From positions 23,436,001 through 23,500,000 of the forward strand of contig NC_045713.1 of assembly GCF_009834535.1 (NCBI RefSeq): a stretch of DNA of 64,000 nt, given 5' to 3'. The notes beneath the pieces are model-generated. The model ran no database searches. It was not told the origin of the DNA and saw nothing but the letters and a program-made list of their open reading frames with translations. The position numbers and the translations under genes are program-made. This DNA comes from Camelus ferus. Taxonomy: Eukaryota. This document shows, piece by piece, positions 32,926-45,765 of this stretch (the first letter of the stretch is position 1; each line of letters starts with the position of its first letter).

Positions 32926-34877
32926 TGGGAGGCAGTACGCATCTGTTGAATAAATGATCGTGCCTTGGGCTCTGGCCGGTCTCAGCCAGGGAGAACCACG
33001 GGGTCACGTCTGAGCAGAAGCGAATCCAACATCCTCTCCAGTGGAGCTGCGGGGGCGGTCAAGGTCTATGTTGACAGGAATGAAAACCCTCACCAGCGCG
33101 CCTCAACCCCCTCTTAAAAGACTCCTGGAGATTGCTTTGCTGCCCACCTCCCCTCGGCAGAGTGTTTTTAACATGTCTATTTAAATGCAAATTTTGACTT
33201 TCTGTCTGTAATCATATCCAATGTTTGGCACTCACATTTTAATCAGGAATGTAATTTTATATTGAGGCGGGAACGGAGGGGTAGGCCACGCATAACAGAA
33301 GGAAGCGTCCCGGGCGTGGGTTCCCAGCTTCCTGGAGCCCCAGCCTCCCTGCTGCCCATTGGGTTGGAAAAACCCCAGTGGAGCCCAGAGGGGCTGCCTT
33401 TGAAAAGATGCTCCAGGCCCCCAGGCGTGCCCCGGGGTCGGTTGCTAATCCCAGTGCTTAGTGGTCCTTTACCACTGCGAAGGCAGTCAGGTGCTCTCTC
33501 CCTGTGTCCTCTGGTCCCCTCGCATTCCCAGCAGACCCTGGGTGTTGAAGGAGGGGCTGGCTCTCGCCTGTTCCAGTCCACGCTGATGGCTCATTTATCA
33601 GGACGAGGCTGGAGGCTCGCGACCAGAGCCTCTATTGTTGGGGACGGTGGCTGCCAGCAGCAGCTGTTTCCCATCCGCTCAGCTCCCTGCAGTCTTTGAG
33701 CTCCATCTGCCCTGACCACTGAGCACAGATGCCAACTCCTCCCCCTCTGTCCTCGCCTTTCCACCTCTAGGGGGGCCCGGGGCTCCATGGCCCTGGGCCT
33801 GCTGGCGAGAGGGCTTCCCAGGCCCAGCAACCCCTGGTGTCACGGTCCTTCTCGACAGCAACCGAGGCATCTTTTTGAATTTTCCTGATGGCCTGTTGCA
33901 AGTAGTTCCAATCAAGGTGGCTGTCTCACCAGAGGTTGGAATCACAGTTTGTCCATTTGGTCTTGGTGTCCCCTCTTGTCCATGGCAAGGGTCTTGGACT
34001 ACATCCTTCTGTCTCCCAGCTGGGCCACCTGATGGTGGGGAGGGGGTGGTTTATCCACTCTCCCATTTCTAACTAGGCTATTCACTGCCCCGGGGCCTTT
34101 GCAGTGGCTGTTCCCTAGTTCTGGAATGCTCTTCCCCATTGGTCAGCTGGCTTCTCATCCTTCAGAGCTCAGTACTGATATCACCCCGTCCAGGGGGCCA
34201 CCCTCATTAAAGAAAAGGTCCCCACCTCATGTGTGATCTGAACAGCCTCTTTACTTCCCTCATTGCTGCCATTCCAGTCTAGAACGATCACCTTTATGAA
34301 ACACGTTGACTGGTTCTTTAGGAAGCGTACTTTTCCTAGAGTGCGTAAAAGGATCTGGGAGGGGAGGGGGTTTGCAGTAATGGAGGTAAGGGGACAAGGT
34401 TGGAATCTGTAGCATTAATCCTACTGAGAGAAGATTGGCCCTGGGAGCAGAAAGTAGCAGCCGAGAAAGAAAGAATTACATAAATAGGAGAACTCTTGAC
34501 ATGAAAGATGGGAAGAGTTGGTGACTGCGTGTTAGGACTGAGGAGGCGGCGGGAGGATGCCTGGTGTCCCAAACTGGATATTTGAGTGGATAGGGGGGGT
34601 CACTTGTGCTGAACTTAAAGAATAGGTTAGAGGGGAAAGATGCTGAGCTCATTGTGGAAATGTTGGGCTTCTGGCTCCTACAGGAGACCCAGCCGAGATT
34701 TGGATACAGGTATCTGATTGAGAAGTCATCAGAGGGGCGATGGGACTTGATGCTGTGGGAATGCAAGGTACTTCCCTGGGAGAGAGGCAGAGGCAGAGAC
34801 AAGGTCCAAGAATGAGGGTTGCTGTGCATCCCGGTGAACTGGGCTGCTGCTGCCTCATGCCTGTTGCTTTGGTAGTC

Positions 34878-34957
34878 TTTCTTTTTTTTTATTGAAGTAT
34901 AGTCAATTTATAGTGTTGTGTTAATTTCTGGTGTACAGCGTAGTGATTCAGTTTATG

Positions 34958-35020
<63 letters not shown>

Positions 35021-35526
35021 GTATATATATATTCCTTTTCATATTCTTTTTCATTTTAGGCTATTACAAAGTATTGAATATAATTCCCTGTGGTACACAG
35101 TAGGACCTTGCTGTTTATCTATTTAATACATAGTAATTAGTATCTGAAAATCTCAAACTCCCAATTTATCCCTCCACCCTGTCTTTCCCCTCTGGTAATC
35201 ATAAGTTTGTCTTCTATGTCTGTGAGTTTGTTTCTGTTTTGTAAATAAGTTCATTTGTATCTTTTTTTTTTTTTCATTCCACATATAAGTGATATCACAT
35301 GGTATTTATTTTTCTTTTTCTGGCTTACTTCACTTAGTATGACGATCTCTAGGTCCATCCATGGTACNNNNNNNNNNNNNNNNNNNNNNNNNNNNNNNNN
35401 NNNNNNNNNNNNNNNNNNNNNNNNNNNNNNNNNNNNNNNNNNNNNNNNNNNNNNNNNNNNNNNNNNNNNNNNNNNNNNNNNNNNNNNNNNNNNNNNNNNN
35501 NNNNNNNNNNNNNNNNNNNNNNNNNN
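34878..35526 (-). mobile_element. Young L1 3' end containing (TA)27
   Basis: ttattgaagtatagtcaatttatagtg...cacatataagtgatatcacatggtatt...tctaggtccatccatg, then an N-run at 35367-35526. Confidence 0.9.
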
Positions 35527-35559
35527 CTAATAGCACCTCTTCTCGATGTTAGTGTGTCC

Positions 35560-36000
35560 TAGTTTCAGAAAGTAAATTAAGTGATTGTCCTACCCAGAGC
35601 AGAAGGCTGGGGAAATTCAGAGTTTATAGGAGGGCAGAGGAAGAACCCACTAAAAAACTGAGCATGAGCAGAGAGGTAGGAGGCAACCCAGGAGCGTGGT
35701 ATATTGTGTCATGGACGTCAGATGGTTAGAATTTACAAGAAAAGAGTGTCATTCGTGTCGGATATTTCCCAGAGGTAGCATCGTGGAAGGATTTGGATGT
35801 GACTGTTGGATTTGGCTACAACAAGAGTGTGGGTGATGCTGTAATGATGAAGACAGGCAGATGCCAGATGGTGGTGGGTTTGAGGAGTGAGTGGAAGGTG
35901 AGAAAGTGGAGACACTAAGACACTCGCTAAGCCTTGCGGTGAAAGAAAGGAGAGACTTTAGACAGGCAGGCAGGTGTAGGCATGAGATCGAGAGAGGATC
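35560..36000 (-). mobile_element. L2 relic (further L2 pieces at about 20690-20825, 29490-29590, 34070-34330, 41020-41440, 45090-46110 and 60060-60340)
   Basis: Purine-rich gatttggatgtgactgttggatttggc...gagtgagtggaaggtgagaaagtggagac is characteristic of antisense L2. Confidence 0.55.
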
Positions 36001-36689
36001 ATTGGATGGAGATACCTGAGCGTGTCTCAGTACTGGGAAGAGGGCAGCAGAGGTCTCGGGGTGACCACTTCAGGAGGGAGAATGCTGATCTGGGGCTTCT
36101 AAGGGAGAATGTTGATCTGGGGCACCTAAAGGACGACTTCCTCGCCGTCACAGAAGAAAGAAGGACGTTTGGGTGTGAGGACGCCTGCAGTCTCTATAGC
36201 AAGGATTTGGAGAGAGATCCTCTTCATTGGCGTGTATTATCTCTTCTGAAGTAGGAGGCTTCCGAGAGGTAGGGGAGGCTAACGATGGGAGGAGAGCAGA
36301 CGCTGCTTTTTAACAGCCACTTGGAAAATGGGAGCAGAAATGCTCTCATGCAGAGGACTTTTATTGGGTGCCTTCTGGGCTCGAAGCCCTGGAAATCCAG
36401 GTTTGAGTTTCAGGGTCAAGGTCGGCCTTTCTTCTCCTTGGGAAGGGGCTGGTGACCACGGAGCAGGCAGTGCTGGGCACAGGGGAGGCTGTCAACCCCA
36501 CACTTAGAATGACGTGGGTCCACGTGGTGCGTGGTTTTCCTTATTCTGATAAAGAACAGCTCAGTCGCTACGACCTCGACCCAGAAGAGAGGGACAGCTG
36601 GGTGGTCTAGAGATGGAAGCACAGAAGGGCATCTGAGTTGAAGTTCTAGGGGAAGAATAGATGATGGTTAAAGTTATGGGCCATTAAAT

Positions 36690-37030
36690 CGAATCTGGAT
36701 GTGAATAAAGTGCACATTGAGACTGCTGCTTCCTTTTTCCTTTGCTCCCTCTGACAAGCATCACTGGAGTGATTGTCCTTGAACAAATCTCGTTGGGGCG
36801 TACACAAGTATTTCTCTGTAGTAGATCCTGAGAAGAGGACGATGGGGTCCACAGGAAAACACATACTCAGTTTCAATAAATATTGCCCAATAGCCTGTTA
36901 CAGATGTGTTCCCAGTTGGTACTCCCACCAGCAGCATCCAGAGAGAACCTCTTCTCACACACCTGTGCCAGCACTGGAGGGTGTCAGCCCTCCTAATTTT
37001 AACTAGTTTGACGAGGAAAGCAGTGGCCTT
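36690..37030 (-). mobile_element. Old L1M(E) ORF2 C-terminal relic
   Basis: ORF 36646-36876 reads KLSMCFPVDPIVLFSGSTTEKYLCTPQRDL, a decayed form of [30 protein letters not shown]. Confidence 0.6.
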
Positions 37031-37357
37031 GTCTTTGCAGTGATCACTCGTCTTCGCAGGCGTCTTCCTGTGGACTTGCAGGGAGACTTACGGCATGCAG
37101 TGATGATGGAAGACATGTTTTAGAGGACGCCTGGGAGAGGCGATACCTGCAAGGTTCGGGCGGGAAGCATGAGAGACCTTATTGGGGGAAATGGGACGGG
37201 AGATGCGGGGACGGATCCAGGACAGACAGAGGGGTTGGACTCTAGAGATGCTTCCAGAGTGAGGGGTGGTGGACTTGGTGACTTTTCGGGGAATCAGGAG
37301 AGAGAGGTCAGAATGGGCAGGGGTTTGCAGCTTGGCAGTTTGAGTGACTGTACTAAT

Positions 37358-37454
37358 TTTTTTTTTTTTTTAAGTGGAGGTGCTGGAGATTGAACCCAGG
37401 GTCTCATGCATGCTAAGCATGTGCTCTACCACTGAGCTATACACCTCCAACCCC
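37358..37454 (-). mobile_element. Camelid tRNA-derived SINE (Vic-1 type) with TSD
   Basis: ggagattgaacccagggtctcatgcatgctaagcatgtgctctaccactgagctatacacctcc. TSD GTACTAAT at 37350-37357 and 37455-37462. Confidence 0.92.
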
Positions 37455-37555
37455 GTACTAATCCTGGGGGGTGGCGGGGGGGGTCACGAGCTCTGTCTTA
37501 GCATCTGGGCTCCACCTACTGGACGTCAAATTCTATCCACTGCTGTCTCCTAGGG

Positions 37556-37865
37556 CAGGACTTTCCAAACTTCTTCCTCAAAGGGCCAGATAGTATGTAT
37601 TTTAGGCTTGTAAGCCACAGGGTCCCCGGTGCCTCTCGACGCCCCCCTTAGTAACGTGAGAGCAGGGATGACGTGTGAGTGGAAGGGCATGGCTGTGATT
37701 TAATAAAACTTTATTTATGGCTGCTGAAATTTAAACTTCATGTAATTTTCATGTCATAAAATATTATTTTTCCTTTGCTTTTCTTTCTTTCCCCCAACTA
37801 CTTCAAATGGTAAAAACCCTTTTTTTGGCCATACAAAAACAGGCAGGGTGTTGGTGGCCCGAGAG
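37556..37865. mobile_element. MER58-type hAT-Charlie element
   Basis: ccaaacttcttcctcaaagggccagatagtatgtattttaggctt...ggcatggctgtgatttaataaaactttatttatgg...tacaaaaacaggcaggg. Confidence 0.8.
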
Positions 37866-40800
37866 CCATCATGTGTCAACCCCTGTCCCCAAGCCTAGCA
37901 TCCAGACTGCAACATAATAAACACCTGTGTCCTGTTGCAGAAGAAAGAGGGTGGGGTGGCGTAATTTGTCTTTGCACCTTCTTCCTGCAGAGTCGGGGAG
38001 GAGCCTCAGCGAGGATTAGCCATAGTAAACTAGTAAAACACGGTAGATTTGGGGTCACTGGATCTTGAGCCTCCCACTAATGAATAGAGTGACCTTGAGC
38101 CTCAGCTGTCTTCGCTGTGTAGTGGGGAGAAGCCTGGCTTCACGGAAGGGGTTGGAAAATGCGCCCAGTCCCAAGCCCATGACAAGGGTGAGTTATTCCC
38201 TGAAGCAGGAGATGGGGCCTGAGAGACCTAGAGGAGTCTGCACCCCGACCCGCCAGCATTTCCGCAATGGCCAGCACCAGCTCAGCTGCAGAGGCAGCAA
38301 ATCCCCAAGAGCAGGCAGGAGTGGTTGACACCTGCAGCCCACCACGTGCGTGGAGGCTGCCCGGGGGCTCGCGGACATGTGCTGTCTGAGTCTTTTACCT
38401 TCTCAGCAAGAAGTGTCCAGTGTTAGTTTCATTCCCCCAAATCCTGGTTCATATTCCAAGAAGATCTGGCTTTCTTATTTTCAAAGAGAGGGTCGTAATG
38501 CCGCCTGGAGGAGGTGGATATCAAACCTGAGTGATGCTACGGGCCACAGCTAAAGTAAAACCGAAGCTCTTCGACTTGGCATCCTTTGCCTGTCCCCCTC
38601 CTCTGCCAGACACCCTCACGCAGGATGCCATGTGATCTGGGGGACACAGAAGCACAACGTGTGTGTCTCCTTTCTGTCCTGGGGCCATCTGTGCAGTTAT
38701 AGAGTTCTCTTTTCCATCTTGCTGCTCTAATTTGGTAGGGACAGGATCGACACACTGAGTGTACCACACCCCTCCTGGAAAAACAGCGCAGCAGGCAAGG
38801 GAAGTTAAGTGGTTACAGCCAAAGATTTTAAACCCAGTTGTCAAAGTCCAAGAAATTACTGTGGGGTTGGGGGTAGGGGGGCATGTCTTTTGTTTTGTTT
38901 TGGTGGATATTACTGTCTGGTTTGTAAGCAGAGTGGATCCACTCCAGCCCGGGGATTTTCAGGGAAGAGACGATTTCGCATTCTCTGCACGACACTCACT
39001 GTGGCTGTCATTCTTGCTCTGCTCTGAAATGTTTCTGTTTCCCCGCCATTCATCTTTCTTGATTGGTTTGGCTTTTCTTCTTCGAAGATGTTGCTAAATT
39101 TGCTTGTAAAGTTTTGTTTATTCATCGACGCTCAGTTGAAAGGTGCCGGATCATTAATCTAACTATTCAAGGTTAACCAGGCTTTCTGTTGAAATTGCCT
39201 TTTATGGGACAGATTTCAAGGTTTTGCCAGAGTTGAGTGCTACCTCATTTTTGACATTTCGGCAGTGAATCCTGTTTGAAATGTGATTTGAATCCAATCA
39301 TCATCTTATTTGTGGAGAAAGATAAATATAATACACTAATATTGCAGTCAGATTGCATTCCTCCCACCCCACTCACACGTAGGATTCAGCGGGCTTCGGC
39401 CCGGGCGACACGGAGCAATGTCACTCCTACTTCAATTTCGTCCTGCATTTTTCTCCCTGTATGTATTTCCCTCCCAGAGGCTTAGACGTGTCTCCTTTAT
39501 ATGTTACATGAGCTGTGCGGGGCTTCTCAAGAATGGACGTTGAAGGAGAAATGGACCTCTCACAATTACTCCCATGCCTTGTTGTAGAATCTCGGGGTAC
39601 GAAGGACTTTAGAGGTCATCTAATTCATCTGCTTATGCAATCACAGAATTCTTTCTCTGAAGGAGTGAATGAAGAATTTAATCTTCCAGGCCTCTTTGTA
39701 AATGTGCGAACAAGTTTCTAAGCGCCTCCGTCTTGTGGCGTTTGGATGTGGCATTTTAATTAAAGAGCGAGGCAGCCAGGCTTGCTGTTTTTGTGATCTG
39801 CTGTAGCCTATGGTTCCTCCCTAGCCCGGCCAGGCTCTTGGTCAGCCCATGTCCTGGGACGTTTGCTTTCTAAGTGAAGAGTGCCCATCCCTCGGAACTA
39901 GCCAGAGGGCAGCCTCCCTTAATAAACTCACACTGGAGATAGTTCTGTTTCTGCATAAATTACAGCCAGATCTGAGTTTGTCTTACCCTGTTTGTTGGGT
40001 GCTGTCCACAAGTGCTCCCCCTGCCCCTCACATCCCCTTCTAAAAGCCTGCCCTTCCAAAGGTTCTCACACTCACATTTACTGGAAAGTAATGGATGGAT
40101 AATGCTCAGATTCAAAGGGGAAGATGCTCATGGTGTGGTCCAGATCAAACCAGTAGATCAAACCAGGAAAGCTTGCCGAGCCCTGCCTCCTGTGCGTATG
40201 TGATGGAGGTTATCAGTGTCGCCTGGTGGTTGGGGACATGGGTCTGTGTTCATATCCCGACTCTGCTGCTGACCAGCTGAGCTCCTTCTGCTACTGAACC
40301 TCTTTTTGCCTCAACTGATCCATCTTGAAAATGGGAATAATAATTAGCCAAGCTCATAACACTGTTGTGAAAACTCAGCGAGTTATGCTTGTAAAGTGCT
40401 TAGTAAAGAAACTGGAGCATCACGAATTCTCAGTTATTAGCAACAAGCCAAAGAGATGATCCAACTGCTGTAAAATATCAAATTCTAGCGCCAGGTGGCT
40501 GAGATGCTAGTTCTGGGACGAGTACGGCCCTGAGATCTTTGCATGGGACAGCCTCCCTCAACTACCCTTGGGAATTCCATTCTGGAACACATTTCCCAAC
40601 TTCATCTGGCTGGCGATTCTCCTGATCGTATGATCACAGGTCAAACTGACGGCATCGTGAGTTGGGCAGGACATTTCGGTTGGACGAATCAGTACCCATA
40701 GGGGTAATTCCTGCACTCTTTTGTGGGCCTTTCCTTAACCTTTGAGATTATTTCCTGCTGTCAGTTCTTATCCGCTTCTTGTATATTAATGAGCCTGAGG

Positions 40801-42202
40801 GAGTCCAAGTCCTCCATTCATTCAGCTGATAATTACTGGGGAGCTACTAAGTCCCAGTGGTGATACGTCAAACACGACTCCTGCATGTACACAGCTTATG
40901 ACCTAGCAGGAGGGACAGACAAGCCATCACAAACAAACTGGCACCTAAGTGAAGCAGTCACACAGCGTGAACTGCATGTGCAAGGGGCCAAGCCACCACG
41001 AAGAGAGACACGAGGAGTTCTTTCAGTATCTCCTGTTCCTAAAATAGTGTCTGAAACATAGTAGGTACTCAGTGATTTGTTAAATGAATGTTTGTAGGAG
41101 ATGGGATATTTGGGGGTAGGGAGGCCACAAAGCTCTCTGAGTTGCTGTTTAAGCAGAAAGCAAAAGATCTATTCATGAGAAGACAGAGGGCAGGAAGGGT
41201 AGCGTTGATGGTGAGAAGGAGCTGGAAAGAGCTTGGGTTGTTTGAGGAACTGCAGGTTAAGGAATCTGGATGATTGAACGGCTCAGAGAGAGGGGCTAGT
41301 GTGATGGAAGATGCCCAAAGATGAGGCTCCCAGAGGTACCCAGAGACGGTGTAGCGGGGCTCACAGCGAGGTGTGGAGAGGGACTCAGCCTTCATGTGAA
41401 CTGCAAAGGGAAGTGATGGAAGGCACAGTCCAGTCAAATGACCATCCCGAATCTGAGCCGTTTAGGACGAGCGACCCTGAGGGATGAACACTTGGCCTTG
41501 GGAATGAGGGGATTTTATAAGATCATCCATGGCGCTTACTTACCACACCACTCATCTCCCATGAGGACCCACATTCCTAGCTTCCTGTCGGGTAAAACCA
41601 GCTGAGGCACCCCTCCCTGTGCGATGGTGGGTCCCACCCAGAGCACCATGAGCCTGTGGTGGTTCTCACTGGTGATTTGCTGTCCTTGTGCCACTCGACT
41701 TGTAAGTCTTGCTCGTAGGAGAAGGCTATCTTAGAAATAAGAGGGCTTGATCAGGAAAAACATTTTAAAGTGAAAGGTCTAAAACATAAAGCCATTACTA
41801 TCAATCTAAACTAAAGATATTGGGGGATGAGAAATCTGCTTACAGGCTCATAAAACAGTCACCAGCTCAGGGTTATGGGAAACAAAGAAAGGATCAGCCC
41901 TCACATGCTGCCCAGGTCACCTGACTGTTACACTGTTAACTTCTCTGCACTCGGGACTCTGTGCTCCCTCGGAGCCAGGTGTGTCTGTGGCTCCAGTGCA
42001 GAGTGCGCCTCTGTCAGCTCTACAGCCCAGAATTCATTCTCCCTACTTCTGTTAGGGTCCAGCTTTCCTTCAGGGGCTTCTCCTTCGTCACTCTCAGGCC
42101 TTGTGACTTCTGGTCCAGCTCTGGTCCCCTTTCTCAGTCTCCAGGGAGGGAGCACATGACTGACACCTGGCCAATCAAAGCCATGTGAACCCCAGTCATC
42201 AT

Positions 42203-42275
42203 ATTTTATCTGAAGTATAGTTGATTTACAGTGTTGTGTTAGTTTCTAGTGTACAACATAGCAATTTAGTTAGAC

Positions 42276-42329
<54 letters not shown>

Positions 42330-42989
42330 TTTTTCATGTTCTTCTTCATTATAGGTTATTATACAATATTGAATAGTTTCCTGTACTGTGTAGTAGGACT
42401 TTGTTGTTTACCTATTTTATATCTACCAGTTTGTAGCTGCTAACCCCAGACTCCTAATTTATCCCCCACTCTCTGCTTCCACTTTGGTAGCTGTTAAGTT
42501 TGTTTTCTATGTCTGTGAGTATGTTTCTGTTTTGTAAATAAGTTCATTTGTGTCAGTTTTTAAGATTCCACATATAAGTGATATCATATGATATTTGTCT
42601 TTCTCTAACTTACTTCACTTAGTATGATGATCTCTAGGTCCATCCATGTTTCTGCAAATGGCATTTCTTCATTCTTTTTTATGGCTGAGTAATAGTCCAA
42701 TATATATGTATATATATACATACAGACAGACCACAACTTCTTTATCCAGTCATCTGTCGATGGACATTTAGGTTGCTTCCATGTCTTGGCTATTGTAAAT
42801 AGTGCTGCTATGAACATTAGGGTGCATGTATCTTTTTGAGCTAGAGTTCCCCCTATATATGTGCCCAGGAGTGGAATTGCAAGGTTATATGGTAAGTCTA
42901 TTTTTAGTTTTTAAAGGAATCTCCATACTGTTTTCCATAGTGGCTGCACCAAATTACATTCCTATCAGCAGTGTGGGATGGTTCCCTTC
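42203..42989 (-). mobile_element. Young L1 3' end (~790 bp) with ORF2 C-terminus and (TA)25
   Basis: ORF 42605-42817 reads MFIAALFTIAKTWKQPKCPSTDDWIKKLW...YYSAIKKNEEMPFAETWMDLEIIILSEVS. Probable TSD ccagtcatcat (42192-42202) and ccaagcatcat (42990-43000). Confidence 0.92.
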
Positions 42990-44649
42990 CCAAGCATCAT
43001 GATTCTTGGAACCTGAGCATGTGTGCCCATCAGAACCAGTGAGATGAAGTCTGTGGGACTTTAAACTTTTTACTTGAACTTAGGAGAATGTAGGTCTGAA
43101 GCTGCTTGCAGCCCTTTTGGCACCATGTGGCACCTAAGAAGGAAACCCACATTCCTGGCGAATGGAACTATGAGACAGAAAAACCAGGGCCCAGTGACAT
43201 CATTTAAAAAGTCCCTGAATCCAGCCAAGCCTGAATACCTCTACACCTTGAGCTACCCAGTTGCCTGAACTAGTAAATGTCCTCTTTGTTTTTTTTCTCT
43301 GAAGCTAGCTTGGCTTTGCAGTTTTTGCCAGTTGCAACCAGGAGAGTCTTAACAGTGGCAGGGTCTCATTATACTTTCAGTTCACCACAGGGAACTCTCA
43401 GGATATGCACACCACAGGGACTTGGATGAAGGGTGCCATCTTCATTTTTTCCTGCTCGTGGGAGTGCTGGCAGGGAAAAGGAGAGAGTGATGGAGGAACA
43501 CAGACAGACACGCACACGACTGCATGGAGGGAACAGCGTGCATTGTCACAGCAGACTGTACACCACTGGCATGTCACCGCAAAGCCTTTGCTTCTTGTTT
43601 AAAAGACTTCTCAATCGTTAACGCACATCATATCTTTTTTCCTTGATAGTGTTCAAGAAAATAAGATCATTAAATACATCATCATGAAAGTGGGAGCCTG
43701 GCTTTTGAATGTTATATTTCTTCACTTCCATCCTGTCTGTGGCTCGATTCCCACAACTTTCAAATGAAGGCTCACTTTGAAAACCTGTGCTGTTTTGATT
43801 CTGAAATTGAATGACAGAAGTAAACATGGGATAGGTTTTTCTCCCTGCTAATCAGAGACGACCACCCTGCTCAAACATTCAGCCCAGGCTCCAGCTGCCA
43901 GGCAAATGCACGTGGACCAGAAGGCCCAGGGATGCTATGACCTGAGGCTGCGCCCAGGAGAACTCAGGCTGTGGACTAGTGAGACTTGTAAAAAATGAAG
44001 CTGCCTCCTCCAGCTTAGGGATCCCGTGGTTGTACCTCAGAGTCAGGTGACTTACATGGACTGCCGTCCGAGTCACCATCGCAACATGTCTGGCAGACAT
44101 GCAACAGTGCTGGGGCAACTTGGCCAGTGGCTGATCTGTCACCTGTTTGGAAGGCCAGGCATAGTCTGTTTGGGCTGAACTGCTTTAGTTCTGGGGCCCC
44201 AGCTTCTCATGGCTGTGAAATGAAGGATACGTGGGAGCAGCCCGGGCTGAGGGCGCTGTTGGCTCCATTATCCCCTGCGTGGATGGTCATCTGTTCAGTA
44301 CAGGGCTGGCTGTAACCACTGACACTTTATCCCTGTGTATATTTGTGTTTCTGTTTATGCTCATGCATTAGATGTATTTGCATATCCATACAACCAAGTC
44401 ACTCCACGTAGCTCTTACACATACCATTCTAATTATTTTTTAGGCTCAGAGGCAAAGGTAAAAATCTGCCCCCCCACCCCAGATACTGAACTTGAGTGAA
44501 GTTGGGGTGATAACATAGACCCGGAGACAGTGCAGGGAACTACCTGTTTTTTTTTTTTTTACTTTGAGAATATTATTTCTTTCAAATAAATAATTACTTA
44601 TTATTGATTAATTATTATTATTGAGGCATCTCATCACTTTATCTGCATG

Positions 44650-45065
44650 GCTTTCCTCCCCCAAACCCATAATGTGAGCATGAGAAAGACATCAGATAAA
44701 TTCGTATTGAGAGACATTCTACAAAATATCTGACCAGTATTTCTCAAAACTGTCCATGTTGACAAAAATAAGGAACATCTAAGAGATTCTCACAGCTTAA
44801 GGAGACCTGGCAACTTACTGCACTGTGGTATCCTAGATGGGGTCCTGGAAGAAAAAAAGGACATTCAGTAAAAACTAAGGAAGTCTGAATAGAGTATGGA
44901 CTTTGGTTAATAACAGTATAGCAAAACACGTTCACTAGTTATAATAAATATACTACACTAATGTCAGATCAAAACAGAAGATCAGATGGGGGGTACAGAG
45001 GAACTTTACTATTTTTGTAACTTTTCTATATATCTAAACCTCTTCTTAAATAAAAAGTTTTCATA
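44650..45065 (+). mobile_element. L1MC/L1MD-type 3' end
   Basis: gagacattctacaaaatatctgaccagtatttctcaaaactgtc...gtatcctagatggggtcctggaagaaaaaaaggacatt...aaataaaaagtttt. Confidence 0.8.
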
Positions 45066-45569
45066 AAAGCTAAAAAATGCATCTGTTAAATTTTGAAAAA
45101 AATGTATTGAATCACTCAAATATATCAGGCACTATGTTAGTTTCTGGGAATAAAGCAGAGAGGAAAACGGGAGTTCTCTGTCAGGATGGAAAATGTAATT
45201 TACTGGGTGACTGAAATAAAGAAATACACATGTAAGAAACACGTGGTTGTGATTTCAGTTATGATTTAAATGAAATGAAAATATACTATGGATTGACATT
45301 AGTTGATGTGACAGTAAGTGGCTAGGTAGGGTTTTAAGCTTGGGGGTTCAAGGTGGTTTAGCAGAGAGAAGCTGAAGCTAAAATCCACAGGACAAAGGAT
45401 GTCAGGGGAAGCGTTTCAAGGTGCAGGAATGATTAGCACGAAGGCTCTAAGGTGGGAACAAGCTTTGAGTGGTACTGGGACCCAGAGGGAGCCGGTGTGG
45501 TGGATTTTACTGGAGTTCAAGGAGCAGCGTGAGATGCGCTTGGAGAGGTGAGTGGGCAATGGATCTCAC

Positions 45570-45765
45570 AGAGAGCGTTTCTCAGCCTCGGTGCTCTTTG
45601 CTGTGGGGCTGTCATGTGCACTGCAGGATGTATAGCAGCGCCCCTGGCTCCGCCCACCAGGTGCCACGCTCCTGTCCTCCCGTTGTGATGACCACAAGCA
45701 TTCCCAGACATTTCCACACGTCCCCTCCAGGCACGGCAAGATCCCCTTCAGTTGAAAACCGCTGA
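45570..45765. mobile_element. MER20 hAT-Charlie MITE
   Basis: tgctgtggggctgtcatgtgcactgcaggatgtatagcagcgcccctggctccgcccaccaggtgcc...tcccagacatttcca...gttgaaaaccgctg. Confidence 0.85.

Noticed and set aside
33240-33650. Possible CpG island or promoter
   Set aside because: A hand count gives about 17 CpG in ~410 bp at ~60% GC, an observed/expected ratio near 0.45, below the 0.6 criterion.
33761-33778. CTCF-like CCACCTCTAGGGGGGCCC
   Set aside because: The six-G run displaces the invariant C of the core motif.
31484-33945. Cluster of overlapping 100-145 aa ORFs on both strands
   Set aside because: GC-rich sequence and MLT1 LTRs suppress stop codons. The Pro/Gly/Arg/Ser-rich composition and overlapping frames indicate chance ORFs.
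11617-37454. tRNA-like sequences at 11617, 12225 and 37358 as tRNA genes
   Set aside because: They have A/T-rich tails, TSDs and disrupted cloverleaf arms, so they are SINEs and not tRNA genes.
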